64,000 nt of DNA, from positions 98,853 through 162,852 of the forward strand of contig QPMI01000241.1 of assembly GCA_004431415.1 (NCBI GenBank), written 5' to 3'. The DNA is from Cyanophora paradoxa CCMP329 (Eukaryota; Plantae; Glaucophyta). The translations under genes and the position numbers were made by a program. The notes under the pieces are model-generated. The model did no database searches, had not been told where the DNA came from, and saw nothing but the letters and a program-made list of their open reading frames with translations. This document shows, in pieces, positions 11,991-25,100 of the stretch (position 1 is its first letter; every line of letters begins with the position of its first letter).

Positions 11991-14900
11991 TCAGCCCCTC
12001 CTCTTCTCGATGAAAGACTGCGGGGGCAGGCGTCGGGGGGCGCAGGGGGAAGAGAGACGCAAGGACGGGGCCTGGCACCTTGAACCAGTTCCTGGCGAGC
12101 TTCCCCTCGGGGCTCGCCCCCGCCGCGCTCCCCGTCGCCTGCCCCGCCGCCGCCTGCCCCGCCCGCCCCCTGAGCGCGGCCAAGCGAGAAGCCAGAGCGG
12201 AGCGGGGCGGGGCGGGGGCACCTGGATGGCGGCGAGGAACTCGGCGGCGGCGGCGGCGTCGCAGCGGGGGAGGCCCGGCAGCACCCGCTCCGCGAAGTGC
12301 TGCCCCGCACGCTCGGCCTCGCGGAGGGGGGGGGGGGGGGGGGGGAGGGGAGGGGGGGGGGGGAGGGCTACCTGCGCGATCGGCTGCCCGATGCGGACCC
12401 AGGCCGCCTGCGGAGCGGGGCGGGGGGCGGGGCGTTAGGGGGCACACGCCTCTGGCGGGGAGGCGGGGGAGGGGGAGGGGGCGTGCCTTGAGGACGTTGA
12501 GGGCGTCGCCGACGACCTGCGGGGCCCCGAGAGGGGTCAGAGAGGGGCGCCGAGGCCGGGGCCGGGGCCGGGGGCGGGGGAGGCGGGGCGGGCGGGCCTG
12601 GTTGGCGACGGCGTCGGCGAGGTTGAAGGCGGGGCGCATCGGGCACCGCAGCGCCGCCGGCGCCATCTGCTCCACCACGAACTGCGCCCGCCTCAGGCGG
12701 CGGCGCGTCGCGGGGCGGGGTGGGGCGGGCGGGGCGGGGCGGGCCTGGTTGAAGCCGGGGCAGCGGGAGGCCTCGTTCGGGCCGCCCCAGAGCTCGATCA
12801 GCTTCAGCATCGCCAGCAGGCACTGCCGGTTCGCCTGCGCGCGCGCCCCGCCCCGCTCGCACGCCGGCGCGAGCCCGGGGCCGAGGCGGGGCGGACGGCG
12901 GGGTCCGGGTGGCTGCAGCCGGCCACGAGGGTCCCCAGCACGTCGTTCAGCGACTTCACGTTCCCTGCCCGCGACGCGCCGCGTCAGACCGAGCTCCAGC
13001 TCCCGCTCGGAGGGCGGGGGCGTGCCCGGGGAGGTGAGGACGGTGTCGAGGCCGTTCTGGACGAGCATGCAGAGGAGCGTGAAGTAGGCGCGCTGCAGCT
13101 CCGCCCGCTCCCGCTCCTCCTCCGACGGCGCCCCCGCCGCCGTCGCCGCCGCCGCCCCCGCCGCCGGCGTCCCCTGCGTCGCCTGCACGCCTGTCAGAGG
13201 CGATGTCGCGGGCGCGGGGGCGGGCTCCGGGAGGGGGGTACGGCGCGCCTGGACGACGCGGCGGACGAGGACGAGGATGGACTCGTTGACGACCGGGAAG
13301 AGGGCCGCCTGGCGGTGGAAACGTGAGGCGTGGGCGCGGGGCCCTCCGGAGGGGCGCGGGGCCGGGGCGGGCCTTGAACTTGATGACGAGCTGGTTGTAG
13401 AGGGCGAGGAACGCCAGCAGGTCCTGGGCGGGCGGAGGTCGGCCGCGGGGAGGGGACCGGGGAGAGGGGCACGGCACCTTGACGGAGCAGTTGGAGAGGA
13501 GGTGGGAGACGCAGCCGGGGAGGTAGGCCTGGGGGGCGCGGCGGCTCGGGGGGCGCGGGGAGCGTGCCGGGGAGGGGTACGGCGCACGACGACGTCGGGG
13601 CCGAGGACGTCGACCATGCGGTGGAGGAGGAAGATGACCTGGCGGCGCGCGCACGCGGGGTCGGCGGGGCACGGGAGCGAAGGACGAAGCGGGGTTACGC
13701 GGGCGCGCCTTCTGGTGGATGGCCTCGTTGGCGCGGAGGGCGACGGAGACGCGCAGCACCGCCTCCAGGAAGCGCTGCGAGGGGGGTACCGGGTCGGACA
13801 GGAGGGAGGGAGGGAATGTCTGGGGGAAGGGCGGGGGGTACGGTAAAGAGGCCCCAGGAGGCGTCGCGGCGGGAGCCGACGCCGCCGCCGACGGCCTGCG
13901 TCGCGGCGTGCGCGGGGAAGCCTGCGGGGCGTCAGGCGGCTGAGCTCGAGCCGGCTGGGGGCGGGGCGGGGGCGGGGGCGGGGGCGGGCCCTTGGAGAGG
14001 TGGCCGACGGCGGTGACGACGTGGCAGACGAGCGCCTCCACGTGCGGCGCCCCGATCTGGGGGACCCGCCGGGGGTCAGCCCCCGCGCCCCTTCTCACTC
14101 CGTCGTGCGCGCGCGGCGCGCACGAAGTCGCCGGGGGCGGCGGAGGCGGCGACTTGGGCGAGGAGCTCGAGCACGGGGCCGATGATCGCCTGCGCCGGGG
14201 CGCGTGAGGGGCCGGGGCGGGGCGGGGCGAGGCGGAGGGGTGGGGGCGGGCACGGAGAGGTAGGCGGCCTGCTGGTCGGGGGCGCAGATGTCCGACCCCA
14301 GCAGCTGCCCCACCGCCTCGTACAGGTTCACCTGGTCGTCGTCCTACGAACAAAGTTCGAGGGGCGGGGGCGGGGCTGGAGCGGGGCGGGCGGGGCTTGC
14401 CGGGATGGGCCCCTCGGGCTTGCCGGCGGAGAGGCGGGCGCCGGGGGCGCGCGGGGCGGCGCGGGCGGCGCTGACGGCGAGCAGGTCCTGGATCCCCTGC
14501 AGGATCGTCCCCGTGTACGGCGCCAGGCTCGTCCGCAGGCTCTGGGGGGTACGCGTCAGGCCGCAGGGGGGAGAAGGGAAGGCTGGGGTACGGGCGGGCC
14601 TTGGCGAGGCGGAGGAAGAGGTAGGCGGCGCGGCTGCGGACGTGGGGCGACGCGTGCCGCACGCCGCTGCGCCCCGCGCGGTGAGGCCGCGCGCGGGGCG
14701 GGGGGGAGGGGCCGAGGGGCACCGGTCGTCGAGGAAGGCCTGGAGGGTCGCCTGCACCCACGCCGCCTGCTGCCCCAGCGTCTGCGCCCGGGCCCGAAGG
14801 CCCGCCCGCGTCGGCCCGTGCGCCGCGGGGACGAGAGGGCCCACCCAGCCCCGCCCGCGCCGCGCGGACCTTGTAGTAGCGGACGGCGTTCTCGAAGAAC

Positions 14901-17717
14901 ATCAGCTGTACGGCGCGGTGCGGGTACCCCGCCACGTCTGCCCCGCCGCCTAAGCGGGGGCGGGCGGGCGGGCAAGCGCGGCAGCCGGGGGCCGGGGGGC
15001 GGGCTCACTGGACAGGACGATGCGGCCGAGGACCTCAGCGAACGCCGCGTCCTTCGAGAGCGCCTCCTCTGCGGCGGAGGCTCGCGGCGGGCGGGGCGCG
15101 TGGGGCGCGGGGCGGGGGCGGACCGGTGAGGGCCTCCCCGAGCTGGTAGACGAGGGCCAGAGCGGCCTCCACCGGCGCAAACGGGAGCGACTGGCGGGGC
15201 CGGCGGGGGCGGACGTCAGACGCCGGGCGGAGGTCCAAAGGAGGAAAGGCGGGGCGGGCGGACGGCGAGCTGCTGGCAGACGCCGGCGGCGGAGGTGTAG
15301 ACGAAGGACTTGGCGAGCTCCGGCGCCAGCCGCGCCACGTTCTGCAGCGACGCCGGCGCCCGTCAGCCCGCAGTGCGCCGGGGCGGGGCGCCGGGGCGGG
15401 GCGGGGCGCTCGCCTTGAAGACGGTGGCGAGGTCCTTGCGGAACTCCTGGAACTCCGCCTCCTCCTCCCCCTCCCGCTCGAAGCTGTACGTCTCGTCGTA
15501 CTGCAGCCTGCCCCGCCCCTCGGGCTCAGCCGGCTGCGAGGGGCCGGGGGCCGGGGCCGGGAGCGGGGCGGACTTGCGGGCGATGGCGGCGAGGAGCTTC
15601 TGGAAGTGCTCGCCCTCCAGCGCCGACACCGCCGCCCCCTTCTTCACCTGCCCCCGCCCCCTCGCTCGCGCCCCGGTGGGGGGCGGGGTCGGCGGGGGGT
15701 ACGCTCGCTCACCTGGGCGGAGACCATCGCGACGTACGCGTGGACGAACGGCAGCGCCGCCGACGAGACGTCGTCCTGCGCGTCGGGGGCGCGCGGTCGG
15801 CCCCCCCGGGCGGGGCGGGGCCCCCGGGGGGTACGGGCGCACGTCCTCGCTCTCCATGAACTGGAAGACGATCGGGATGAGCTCCACCACCGCCTTCTCG
15901 CACGTCTCTGCGCCCGTACCCCGCGTGGGGCGAGGGCCGAAGGCGGGGGGCACAGGCGGGCGCGGGGCGGGGGCGGCGCGGCGCACCGACGACCTCGGCG
16001 GTTCCCGGCCCGGGCTTCTCCATGAGCTGAGGGAGGGAAAAGAGGCGGGCGATCAGGCTCGGGAGGGGGAGGGCCGCGGAGGGGCGGGGAGGGCGCCTTG
16101 TCGATGATGCCGAGGAGCTCGAGCCCGACGCCCTGCGCCGCCAGCGTCGAAAGCTTCGCCGAGTCGTCGCCCCACTTCTGCGAGGGCGTCACGGGGGTAC
16201 GCGGTCTGGCTCCTGGGGGGTACGCACCGGGGCGATGGTGCGGATGACTTCGATGAGGCGGAGCTGCGCGGGCGGCTCGCGGGGGGGAAGAAAAAAGGAA
16301 GGGAAAAGGAGGGGAGAGGAGGGGGGCGTGCCCGCTCGATGAGGGAGGCCTTGAGCACGGGGTCCATCCCCTTCCCGACCATCTGCGCCCCCGGCCGCGT
16401 CAGGCAAGCGGAGAGGGCGGGGCGCAACGAAACATGAAGGCGGCGCACCTCGAGGAGGCAGTCCGCGGCCTCGTCCCGAAGCTGCGGGCTGCGGCGGGGC
16501 TCGCGGGGGTACAGGCGCGCGGGGTGGGGTCGGGGGCGGGGGTACGCGCCTGGAAAGGAAGGTGAAGAAGAGCTGAACGAAGCGCTCCGTCGCGACCAGG
16601 CCGATGTCGATCCAGGCTGGCGGGAGGGGGGTACACGTTATGCTCGGGCCCCGGCGGCGTCCGGACGAGTGGACGGGGGGGGGTACGCTCTCACCGACGT
16701 AGCGGGCGAGGGTGGTGAGGCAGGCCTTGGCGAGGTCCGGGGCGCTCGCGTGCGTCCCCAGCAAGATCGTGTACCACGCGTCCACAAGCTGCGGGGGTAC
16801 GCCGTTACTTCCTTTTCGGGCACGCGGATTCCTTTTGCAGAGGCGCGCACCGCCGGGACGCTGGTGTGGCGCATGGCGTTCTTCTGCAGAGGGCGTAAGA
16901 AGGTAGGGGACGGAGGGGCGGGAGGGTACGCGCGATCTGGGCGTTGCGCTGGAGCTCCTGCTGGGGGCGGGAGAAGTCGAGCGAGGCGATCTCGTCGTCC
17001 ACCGTGTTCAGGATGCGGAAGAACATATCCACGAGCGCCGGCACCCCCGTCTGCGGCCGGGGTACGCGTCGCTCGGCGCGGGCGGCAGGGGAGCGCGGGC
17101 GGGCGGGCCTGGGCCATTCCGAGGAGGTCGTGGAAGAACGAGGGCCACTCCTCGGGGTACTCGAACTTGGCCAGCAGCACGATGCACTGCGCGAACTTGT
17201 TCTTGAGGAGTACCGCGCGGCGTCAAGGGCGGCGCGCGGCGGGCCGGCGCGAGGGCGGTTCGGGGCGCGGGCGGGCGGCTGCGAGGATATACTGCCGGTC
17301 GGGCGAGAGGCCGGGGACGACATCGCGCAGGTACTGCAGGAATGCGTTCCTGAGCGCCGCGCGGTCGGACGCGTCGATCTGGGCCAGCCTGCCGGCCCCG
17401 CGCGATCGTCAGCCGTGCGGCGGCGAGTCGTGCCCCGCGCGGGCAACGCACCGCTGCTGAATGACCTCTTGGATCAGTTGCATGCACCAGAACGTGACTT
17501 GCGGCGGCGCAGTGGCCGACGTGAGGATCTGCTGGACGCACACCTTCCACGAGTCTGCACCGCCGCCCGGGCGTCAATCGCGAGCGGCCGCGGCGATCTT
17601 GCAGAGCGCACCAGGCTGCGTCTTCCACTGATCCAAGAACGCCGACGCCTGCGCCTTCACCGCCGGGTCCGCCGTCGGGTTGAAGACGAGGGAGACCGCT
17701 TGCTCCAGGCTCCCCAT
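11991..17717 (-). CDS. XPOT: Exportin-T (tRNA export receptor, Los1/PAUSED); many short introns
   Basis: MGSLEQAVSLVFNP..., FLKNKFAQCIVLLAKFEYPEEWPSFF, MFFRILNTVDDEI, NAQI-KNAMR, WIDIGLVA, EEEAEFQEFRKDLATVFK, LMFFENAVRY, FLDDR-GVRH...VRSRAAYLFLRLAK; stop after SFIEKRRG. Confidence 0.93.
17210..17290 (-). other. U12-type (minor spliceosome) AT-AC intron in exportin-T, 81 nt
   Basis: 5' end ATATCCTC, branch CCTTGAC (17228-17222) with the branch A 13 nt from the end, and 3' end AC. Removal joins CAG T|TC CTC AAG AAC AAG = Q-F-L-K-N-K. Retention introduces an in-frame TGA. Confidence 0.88.
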
Positions 17718-18680
17718 CGCTGCGCTGCGGTAACGCAACGCACGTCAGCACATCGCGCTCCCGTCGCACCCGCCCGCTTGGCCGCACGTCACCGTGATGT
17801 GCGCTTGGCGCTCGCCGGCGTCGGTCGCGAGATCGGTGGCGTCGGTCTGCTATGCCTCCATCGTGGCCTTCGTGTTCGTGAGAGTGTCCCTGGTCTGCAC
17901 CGGCGGTTGGAGGAATTGCTTGCTGGAGGGGTATACGTAGAGGGCGGCCACCTGCAGTTGCGCGGCGAAAACAAAGAAGCGGATCGATGTCTCCATCATG
18001 ATCAGAGCTCGTGACTGGCGCGGCGGATCGCCGCGGCGATTTGCCGTTCGCCGCGGCGCAGCTGCAGCAACTGCAGCCGCCGCACGCGTTCGATCGCTTG
18101 AGGACGCGGCCGCGGGCATCGATGTCGGCGCGAGTGCCCGGCCTCGACGTCGGCGCGCCATGGCCCCCGCGCGCCTCGACGTCGGCGCGCGCCGCCCTGG
18201 CGCCCGCGCGCGCCGCGGCCGCAGGCCGCGTCGGCGCCGGCCCGGCGGTGTTCGCGCGCGCATGCAGGGGGCGTAAATTTCGATTTGATCGAGGGGAAAT
18301 TAATTCGATGCTTGATCATGAGGGGGCTCTATATAGCTAGCTAGCGCTAGCTGCGCGCTAGCTATAGATCTAGATTATAGATCGAGCTCGAGGGGGTGCT
18401 AGCTAGGACCGGAGGGGCCGGGGCGCCCCGGCCCGGCTGCATGAGCTCGAGGGGATCGGATCCGGATCCAGAGTGCATATATGCATGAGGGGAGCGCGCA
18501 TGCGCATGCATGCGTGCGCGCGCATGCTCGCGAGCTCGAGATTAAATTCGAAGGCAACCTATATATATAGGCCTTATATTTAAGAGCTCGAGACGTATAC
18601 ATCGCGCATATCGGTATCTCGATCGACGAGCTCGAATTGGAAGCACCGCAGCAATTGCAAACACGTCCTTCCACCGACAC

Positions 18681-19468
18681 ATGTCTGACTGGCTATCCTG
18701 GCTCGGGACGAACCGTCCCCACGACGTCCGGCAGGCGGTGCGCGCACCGATTTCTTCGAGCGCGAGTGCTTCTCGCGTCGTACGTGATCTTGAGCGCGGA
18801 CTGCAGCCCGAGACGAATCAGCCCCGCCGCCGGAGCCTCGTCGACGCGCTCCTCGGCAGAAACAAATCAGAGCCGGAGCCCGTCGTGCGCGCACCTTGCT
18901 CAATATTTTAATTTAGGCCACGTGAGAGCACGAGAGAGCGAGCAGAATCCTCGCTGCGGAACCTCAATTTCTTATGCCTCCCCTTCCAGTTGAAGTCGGA
19001 ATTTCTGACGCCTCCCCTTCGCGATCCAGCACGGCCCGAGCGTGTACAGAACTGGGCACGAGAACACGTGGGCTGACGTGTTCGACCCCGCGCGCATGCG
19101 GCGTGTGGGAGACGGTGCGATCGCCCCGCGCGCGCTCCCGCTGTGCCTTCGCGCTTCCTCACAGCTTCTTCGCCGCTTCTTCCGCAGACTTCTACGACAA
19201 TCCCAAGGTGGACATGCGCAGCATCGACCAGATCATGGCTCAGTCCCGCGCCGGTGCGGTCTTTGCTGTAGGTGTCAAATTAATTTGATCTCGCCCTTGA
19301 ATTTGATTCGGCCCGTCGGCCCAGGCAAGTCGAACCTGGACAAGCAAGAGGCGCTCCAGGAGCAAGCGGCCGCGAAGTGCGCACGAGCGCTGGGCGCTCT
19401 TTCCAAGATCGCGTGCTGATCCCCCCCGGCGGCGCAGCCGGGAGATGGCGAAGGAGCGCGCGGACTGA
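18681..19468 (+). CDS. Small hypothetical protein (~110-120 aa), spliced
   Basis: Exons join in frame through GT/GC-AG introns: MSDWLSWLG...PEPV / HGPSVYRTGHENTWADVFDP / FFAASSADFYDNPKVDMRSIDQIMAQSRA / GKSNLDKQEALQEQAAA / REMAKERAD*. Confidence 0.6.
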
Positions 19469-19683
19469 AACTGGCCGATCGTCCATGTACAGTAGACTGG
19501 GAAGGAGCAGTCGCTAGGCGATAACGATGCGCTTGAGATTGTGTACATAAGAATAGCGAGTCGATGAAGAAGGGAACTGCGGGGGTGGGAAGAGCCTGGG
19601 CGAACGGGCAGGGATGGGAGGCCGAGGAGGGGGCATGGCCAGAGAAGTTCGGAGCGGGCACTCCGGCGGAGCCGGCGGAGGTG

Positions 19684-20866
19684 CTAGTTGAACGATTGCC
19701 CCGGGACCAACGTCAGATGGACTGCGGGGCACGTGGATCAGAGGGGACCGGGGCTCGGGGCGCGGCGGCGCGCACTCCTGAGCTTGTGCGAGTATACAAT
19801 GGAGGCCAGCTTGACGCCTGCATGCGGCGCGTCGAAGGGCGCGGCGGGGCGGGGCGAGGGCGGGGGGCGAAAGGGGCCCGCACAGGACTCGAAGAGGTAG
19901 AGAAGGATGGCGCCTGTGACGGCCGCCCCGTACTTCCCCGGGGAGACCAGGCCCTGCGCCGCCAGGCTCGACGTCACCAGCGTCACCCCGTCCACCAGCA
20001 CTGCCACCCCGCCTTCAGCGGGCGCGGCGGGCGCGGCGGCGGCGCCCCGCGGGCACCCGAGATCGCCGAGAGGACTCCGTACACGTAGAGCGCGTGCACT
20101 CGCAGCAGATCTGCCGGCGAGCGTCGGCGACACGCGCGGTGCGGGCGGACGCGCGCGGGGCGGACCTTGCGCGTAGTACCTGCAGGCGCGCGCGCGCCTC
20201 CGAGTCAGGGGCAGCGAGGCGTCCGGAGCGGCAAGCGCCGCACCCGAGGAAGAGCAGGCCCATGTCGACCGCCGAGAAGTTTGCGAGAACGAATGACCCA
20301 ATGAAATAGTAGATGACCTGCGGGCCGTCGGCGGCGGCGCAAACGCGCGCGCGGGGCGTGGGCCGGTGTAGTCTCACATCGAGTCCTAGCATGAGAGCGA
20401 GGGAGCGCCGGAACTTCTTCGACAGGTCTTTCGAGATGAGGCTAGGCGTTGGATGCAGCGCCTGCGCAAGATGCAGCGTTCGTGTGAGCGTGGAACCATT
20501 GAATAGCTAAGGGGCGCGGAGGGGCGCCGAGTCGCGCTAGCTGCCGCCGGCGGCACGACGAAGCGTGTGTTGTGTGCTCTGCAACCGCCGGACCCGCTGA
20601 CCACACGCGAGCTCGGAACACAAGCCGCGGCCGACCACATCGGCGCATATGACCGGACGCGCTTTAGGGGGGGCGTACGCGCTTAAAGGGCATACCGTCG
20701 CATCACTTCTCGCAGCGCCTGAGAAGAAGTGCTCTGGCGGGGCGTCAGGCCGTGAAAACCGGTCCGGCGTGCTCGCCAACCACAAAAACGTACCCTGAGC
20801 TTCGGGATCAATGCGCGGGTCGTTTTCAGGAGCGCGCAGGAAGTCCCCGAAGCCAGAGAGACTCAT
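19684..20866 (-). CDS. Hypothetical multi-pass membrane protein, spliced
   Basis: MSLSGFGDFLRAPENDPRIDPEAQ start; hydrophobic exons VIYYFIGSFVLANFSAVDMGLLFLG and AVLVDGVTLVTSSLAAQGLVSPGKYGAAVTGAILLYLFE; probable end VPAVHLTLVPGQSFN*. Exon joins uncertain. Confidence 0.5.
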
Positions 20867-21057
20867 TGTCCACGCTCCTGCTGCAAACTTGTGTGGGAAC
20901 GAAGTCTGCGCGCCTACCCTTGCAGTCCTCGACACTGCGTACCCCCGAAGTGTGGCGAAGCGAGCGAGGCGTTGCTCCGCAATCGCCTTCCTTCGTTAGC
21001 TAAGCTTTGGCGGGAATACGTCGTCCAGAGTATATGCTGTGCTGAACAGCCGTAGGG

Positions 21058-22951
21058 ATGCGCAGCCCGCGAGCTTCGGCGGGGGGCCTTCGCGGCCGGT
21101 TGGAGTGTCAGCTGCACGCCGCAAAGGGCCTGAACGAGCTCTCGAAGCCCTTCTTCAACCTGCGAGTGCGCGGACCGGATCGCTCGATGATGCGCCGCGC
21201 GCAGCACAACGGGGCCGGCGTTGATCGATCTCTCGCAGGTTGGCTACTCACAACGACAGAGCGGCCTCGGCAGTCCGGTCCCGGCCAACTCCAGCCCGGC
21301 GACGGTGCACCCCAACGATGCCGTCCCCATGGGCGCTGTCTTCAGCTGGGATGAGCGTGAGCACTGCCGTTGGCATTCTTACGTGTGCTATTATAACGGA
21401 GCGAGAGCAGACTTCCGTTTCGACGTCTCCGCTCTGACCGAGCCTGTGCTCTACATCAGGCGAGCACCGGCCGGCCGTTTCGGAACGCCCCGAGGGCGGC
21501 TAACCGCGCGGCACGCAGCCTGTGGGACGCAGCGACGGGGAAGCAAACGACGCGCATGGAGCTCGACTTCCAGAAGATGGCGAGCCGCGACCCGCCGAAG
21601 GTACCGTCCCCGCCGCACCCCCGCCTCGCCCCGCGCGCGCGCGTGGCTCACGGGGCGGGCCCCGCAGGCCGATCTGTGGGTAGGCCCGCGCCGAGCTCCG
21701 CGGCGCCGCGGCGCCGGGCAGCGCCGCCGCCTCACGCGCCTCAGATCCCCCTCGTGGCGCTGACGCGGGAGCAAGCCTCGCCGGGCTCAAGCGGGGCGGC
21801 CCCGGGCCCCGCCCCCGTCTGCGGCACCGTCCGCATGTCCTTCGGTGCCGCACCTCCCGCAACGGCCGCGGATCCGTACCCCTCACGCGCCGCGCCGCGC
21901 CGCGCCAACCGCCAGAGTTCCACCACAGCGCGGAGGGGACGCCGCGGCTGCCGTCGCCGCGCGACCTCTTCCCGCTGATGCCCGTCGCCTCCGAGGCGCC
22001 CTTCACGCTCGTGACCGCCCCGTGCGGCGAGCCCGAGCAGGCGCACGCCCCCGTCCCCGCCGCCGCCTTCCCCCCCTCGCCCCAGCGCGGCCTCCCGCGG
22101 CGGCCCGACCTCCCCTCGCCCCTCCGCGTCGTCGCCTCCCGCCGACCGTCCAGGACGACCTGGAGGCGGCGCGGGCGGCGGCGGGGAGCCCGCCGGCGGA
22201 GCCCGGCACGCCCGAGCGCATCCAGTCGGCCGCCACGTCGCCCCCGCCCAAGCAGCGGCCCTCGCCGAGCCGCTGCAGCCCGTCCGGCGACCTCGACGGC
22301 TGCGAGCGCGCCTTCTCCTCGTCCGCCAGCGCCCTCACGTGCGCCCGCGCCCCGCCCCGCCCCGCCGGCCGACTCTTTCCCCCGCCCGCGCGCTCCGACG
22401 CGGCCCCCCCGCAGGCCGCGCAAGCACCGGGCCCTGCTCGAGTCCAGGCTCCGCGGCCGTGCCGGCGCCAGCTCCACGCCGCCTCCTGCCGGCGGTCCGC
22501 CCCGCGCCCCGCCGCGCCCCGCCGGCGCGCCCCGCGGCTGAGGCCGGCGCGGCAGGGTGCGCCCCGGCGTGGTGCGAGCGGCATGGGTGCACCTCTCCGC
22601 CCCGCGTCGACGTGCGGCCCCCGGCCTACCGGCAGGCCCTCCCCCGCCCCTGCGCCTGACGGCGGGCGCAGGCGCTGAGCGGCATCCTCCTCCCCGCCTG
22701 CCTCGGGGGCGCCTGCTTCGGGCCCTCCCGGGGCGTCCCCGCCCGCGGGCGCGCCCCGGAGGCCAACCCGGGGAAGGACCCGGCGGCCCTCGAGGCGCCG
22801 GGCACGCCGGCCTCGGCGGCGGCAACGGCGGCGGCGACGCCGAGGACGCCGGGGAGCCCGGAGGGGGCGGCGGGGCGGGGGCGGGGTAGAGGCCGCCGAT
22901 CTCGAGCCGGAGGGCGCCTGGGCCGCCGAGCGCCTCTTCAGGAACCTGTAG
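21058..22951 (+). CDS. C2-domain protein with Pro/Ser-rich C-terminus, spliced (includes a 12-nt micro-exon at 21668-21679)
   Basis: Spliced N-terminus GRLECQLHAAKGLNELSKPFFNLR-VGYSQRQS...FSWDE-HFRFDVSALTEPVLYI-LWDAATG...MELDF...ADLW-IPL follows the C2 beta-strand pattern; ends RLFRNL*. Confidence 0.65.
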
Positions 22952-23128
22952 CAGCCAGCGCTGGGGCCCGACACCCCCCCCCCCCCCCCCCCCCCCCCCC
23001 CCGCCTTCTTTTCCGCTCTAGACCTCCCGTGTGGCTCCTCTCGCCCGCCCCTTCCCGGCCCGTCGCCTGCTCGGCCACCTTGTCTGCCTTCTTTGAAACG
23101 GATCGCGTTGAATCACTACAGCGCCGCA

Positions 23129-25100
23129 TCAGAGACGGGGCGGGTCAGCCGGCGCGGCGGCGGGGGTGCGGGGGGCGGCGAGGCGGGCCAGAGCGGCCTC
23201 GACGGCGGGCAGGGGGCGGCCCGCCCAGGCGGCGTCGACCGCGATGCCGGCTTTAAAGCGCGCCGCCCGCGGCGGGTCCGCCGCTATCGCGTCGAGGGCC
23301 GCCGCCGTCTCCGCCTCCCGCCAGCTGCGCGCCGGCCGGATCGCATCCGCAGGGGCCGGTTGAGGGGGCGGCGCGGCGGGCGAATTCGAAGGGCGCGCAC
23401 GATCTCTCGAGGCTGAGCTTGACCTTGACGCCGGCTGGCAGAGTGAGGAGGGCCCCGAGCACGTCGCCTGCGCGCGGGCGCGGGTCAGGCAGGGCGGGCC
23501 GAGGGGGCCCACGGGGGCGGCGCACCGGGGGAGACGCCCTCGAGCTTGCAGAGGAGGACGAGGGAGCGCAGGGTGGGTACGTGCGCCCCGCCTGCGCCCG
23601 AGGGGAGGAGGGTACGGCATCGATATCACGAGCGACCGAGGAGAGCCGCTCGGGTCCCGGGCCCGGGCGCACCGACGAGCCACTGCAGCGTCGGCGGGCG
23701 GAGCGGCGAGCCGTAGATGGTGAGCCTGCGCTCGGGGCGAAGGCGTCCCGGGTCAGGGCGGGGCGGCCGCGGGCGGCCGGGCACGCGGCGCGGGGCGGAC
23801 CGCTGGAGCCCGGCGAAGGCGCCCTCGGGCCAGGCCTCGGGGAGGGCGCAGGCGTGGAGCTCGAGGCAGGGCGTCTGGGGCGCCTCGGGGCTGCCGTGCG
23901 GGAGCCGCCCCGGCCGCACGATCGCCGCCAGGGCCTCGCCGGCGCCGCGCTCCGCCAGGTCGGAGCCGTGCAGCTCGACGCGGCCGAAGCGGAGCGGGCG
24001 GGCGGCGAGGGGCCGGAGGAAGGGCAGGGCGGGGAGTGTGCCCCCGCCGAGGCCCGCCTCGAGGCGAAGAGCGAAGCAGGCGCGGAGGGCGGGGAGGGCG
24101 GCCAGCGCCGCTTCCAGGCGGGCCGCGTCGCGCGGCGAGCCCGGCCACAGGCGCCACTCCGCGTGCAGGTACTCCACCCGCGCGTGCGCGAGGAATGGCG
24201 CCTGCGCGCGCGCCGCGTCAGCGAGGCTCCACCGGCTGGAAGGGGGGCGGGCGGGCGGCGCGCCTCGGAGAGCTCGGGGAGGTAGACGAGGATGCCGTCG
24301 TCGCACTCGACGATCAGCTCGCGCAGGCCCGGCAGGGGCGACTCGGGGCCCCCGATGGCGGCGCCCAGCAGCCAGAGGAAGGCCTCCGTCATCGCCGCCC
24401 GCTCAGTGTAGTAGCTGTCTGCGCGCGCGGGGCGCATCGGCGGGGCGGGGCGGGCGGGCGGGCGGCGGGGCGGGCGGGGCCGGGGCGCACGCGGGTCGAA
24501 GGCGAGGGCGACGTGGAGGCGCTCGAGGGAGCGCGGGGCCGCCTCGAGGGCCCCAGCGCCTCGTCCGTCCCGAGGGCGCGGAGGGGCCGCCGTCGTCCCT
24601 CGCGCCCCCGCGGCCCCGCCGCGCCTGCTCGAGGCGCAGGTGGAGCCGCAGGCGGCGGAGGCCCGCGCAGACGGGGAGCGCGAGCACGTCGGCCGCCGAG
24701 CGCGGCGCGCCGCCGCCGCCGCTGCCGCGCATCAGATCGTGCCGGCGCGCGCGTGCGCGCGCGCGCGCGCGGCGGAGGCGGCGCACTCCGCCCCTTCTTG
24801 CGGCTCCTCTTCCACCACACAGCCGTAGGCACCGCGTTGGTCCGCGTCGGACTCGCCCACGCGCCGCGGGACTCGCAGATCGAGGGACTCCGAATGCGGC
24901 GCTTGCGACGCCGCGGCGCGCCACTGCCTGCACGCCGCCGCAGCCCTGCAGCGCTCACGCGCGTCGAGGAAGCTGAGGCACAGGCTCAGCAGCTCCCGCG
25001 GCAGGTCTCCGATGCCGGCGCCGGCCTCGACGCCGGGCGCGCGCGGAGGAGCAGCCGCGGGCGCCGTTCCATCGACGTTCTCTGGCTCGCGATCGTTCAT
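23129..25100 (-). CDS. F-box protein with Leu-rich (LRR-like) C-terminus, spliced
   Basis: IGDLPRELLSLCLSFLDARERCRAAAACRQWRAAA is a clear F-box motif. Downstream LRRLRLHLRLE, LPGLRELIVEC and LPALRACFALRLE repeats. Confidence 0.8.

Noticed and set aside
17850-18000. Short ORF MMETSIRFFVFAAQLQ... upstream of exportin-T
   Set aside because: No recognisable motif or supporting splice structure; could be UTR or promoter sequence.
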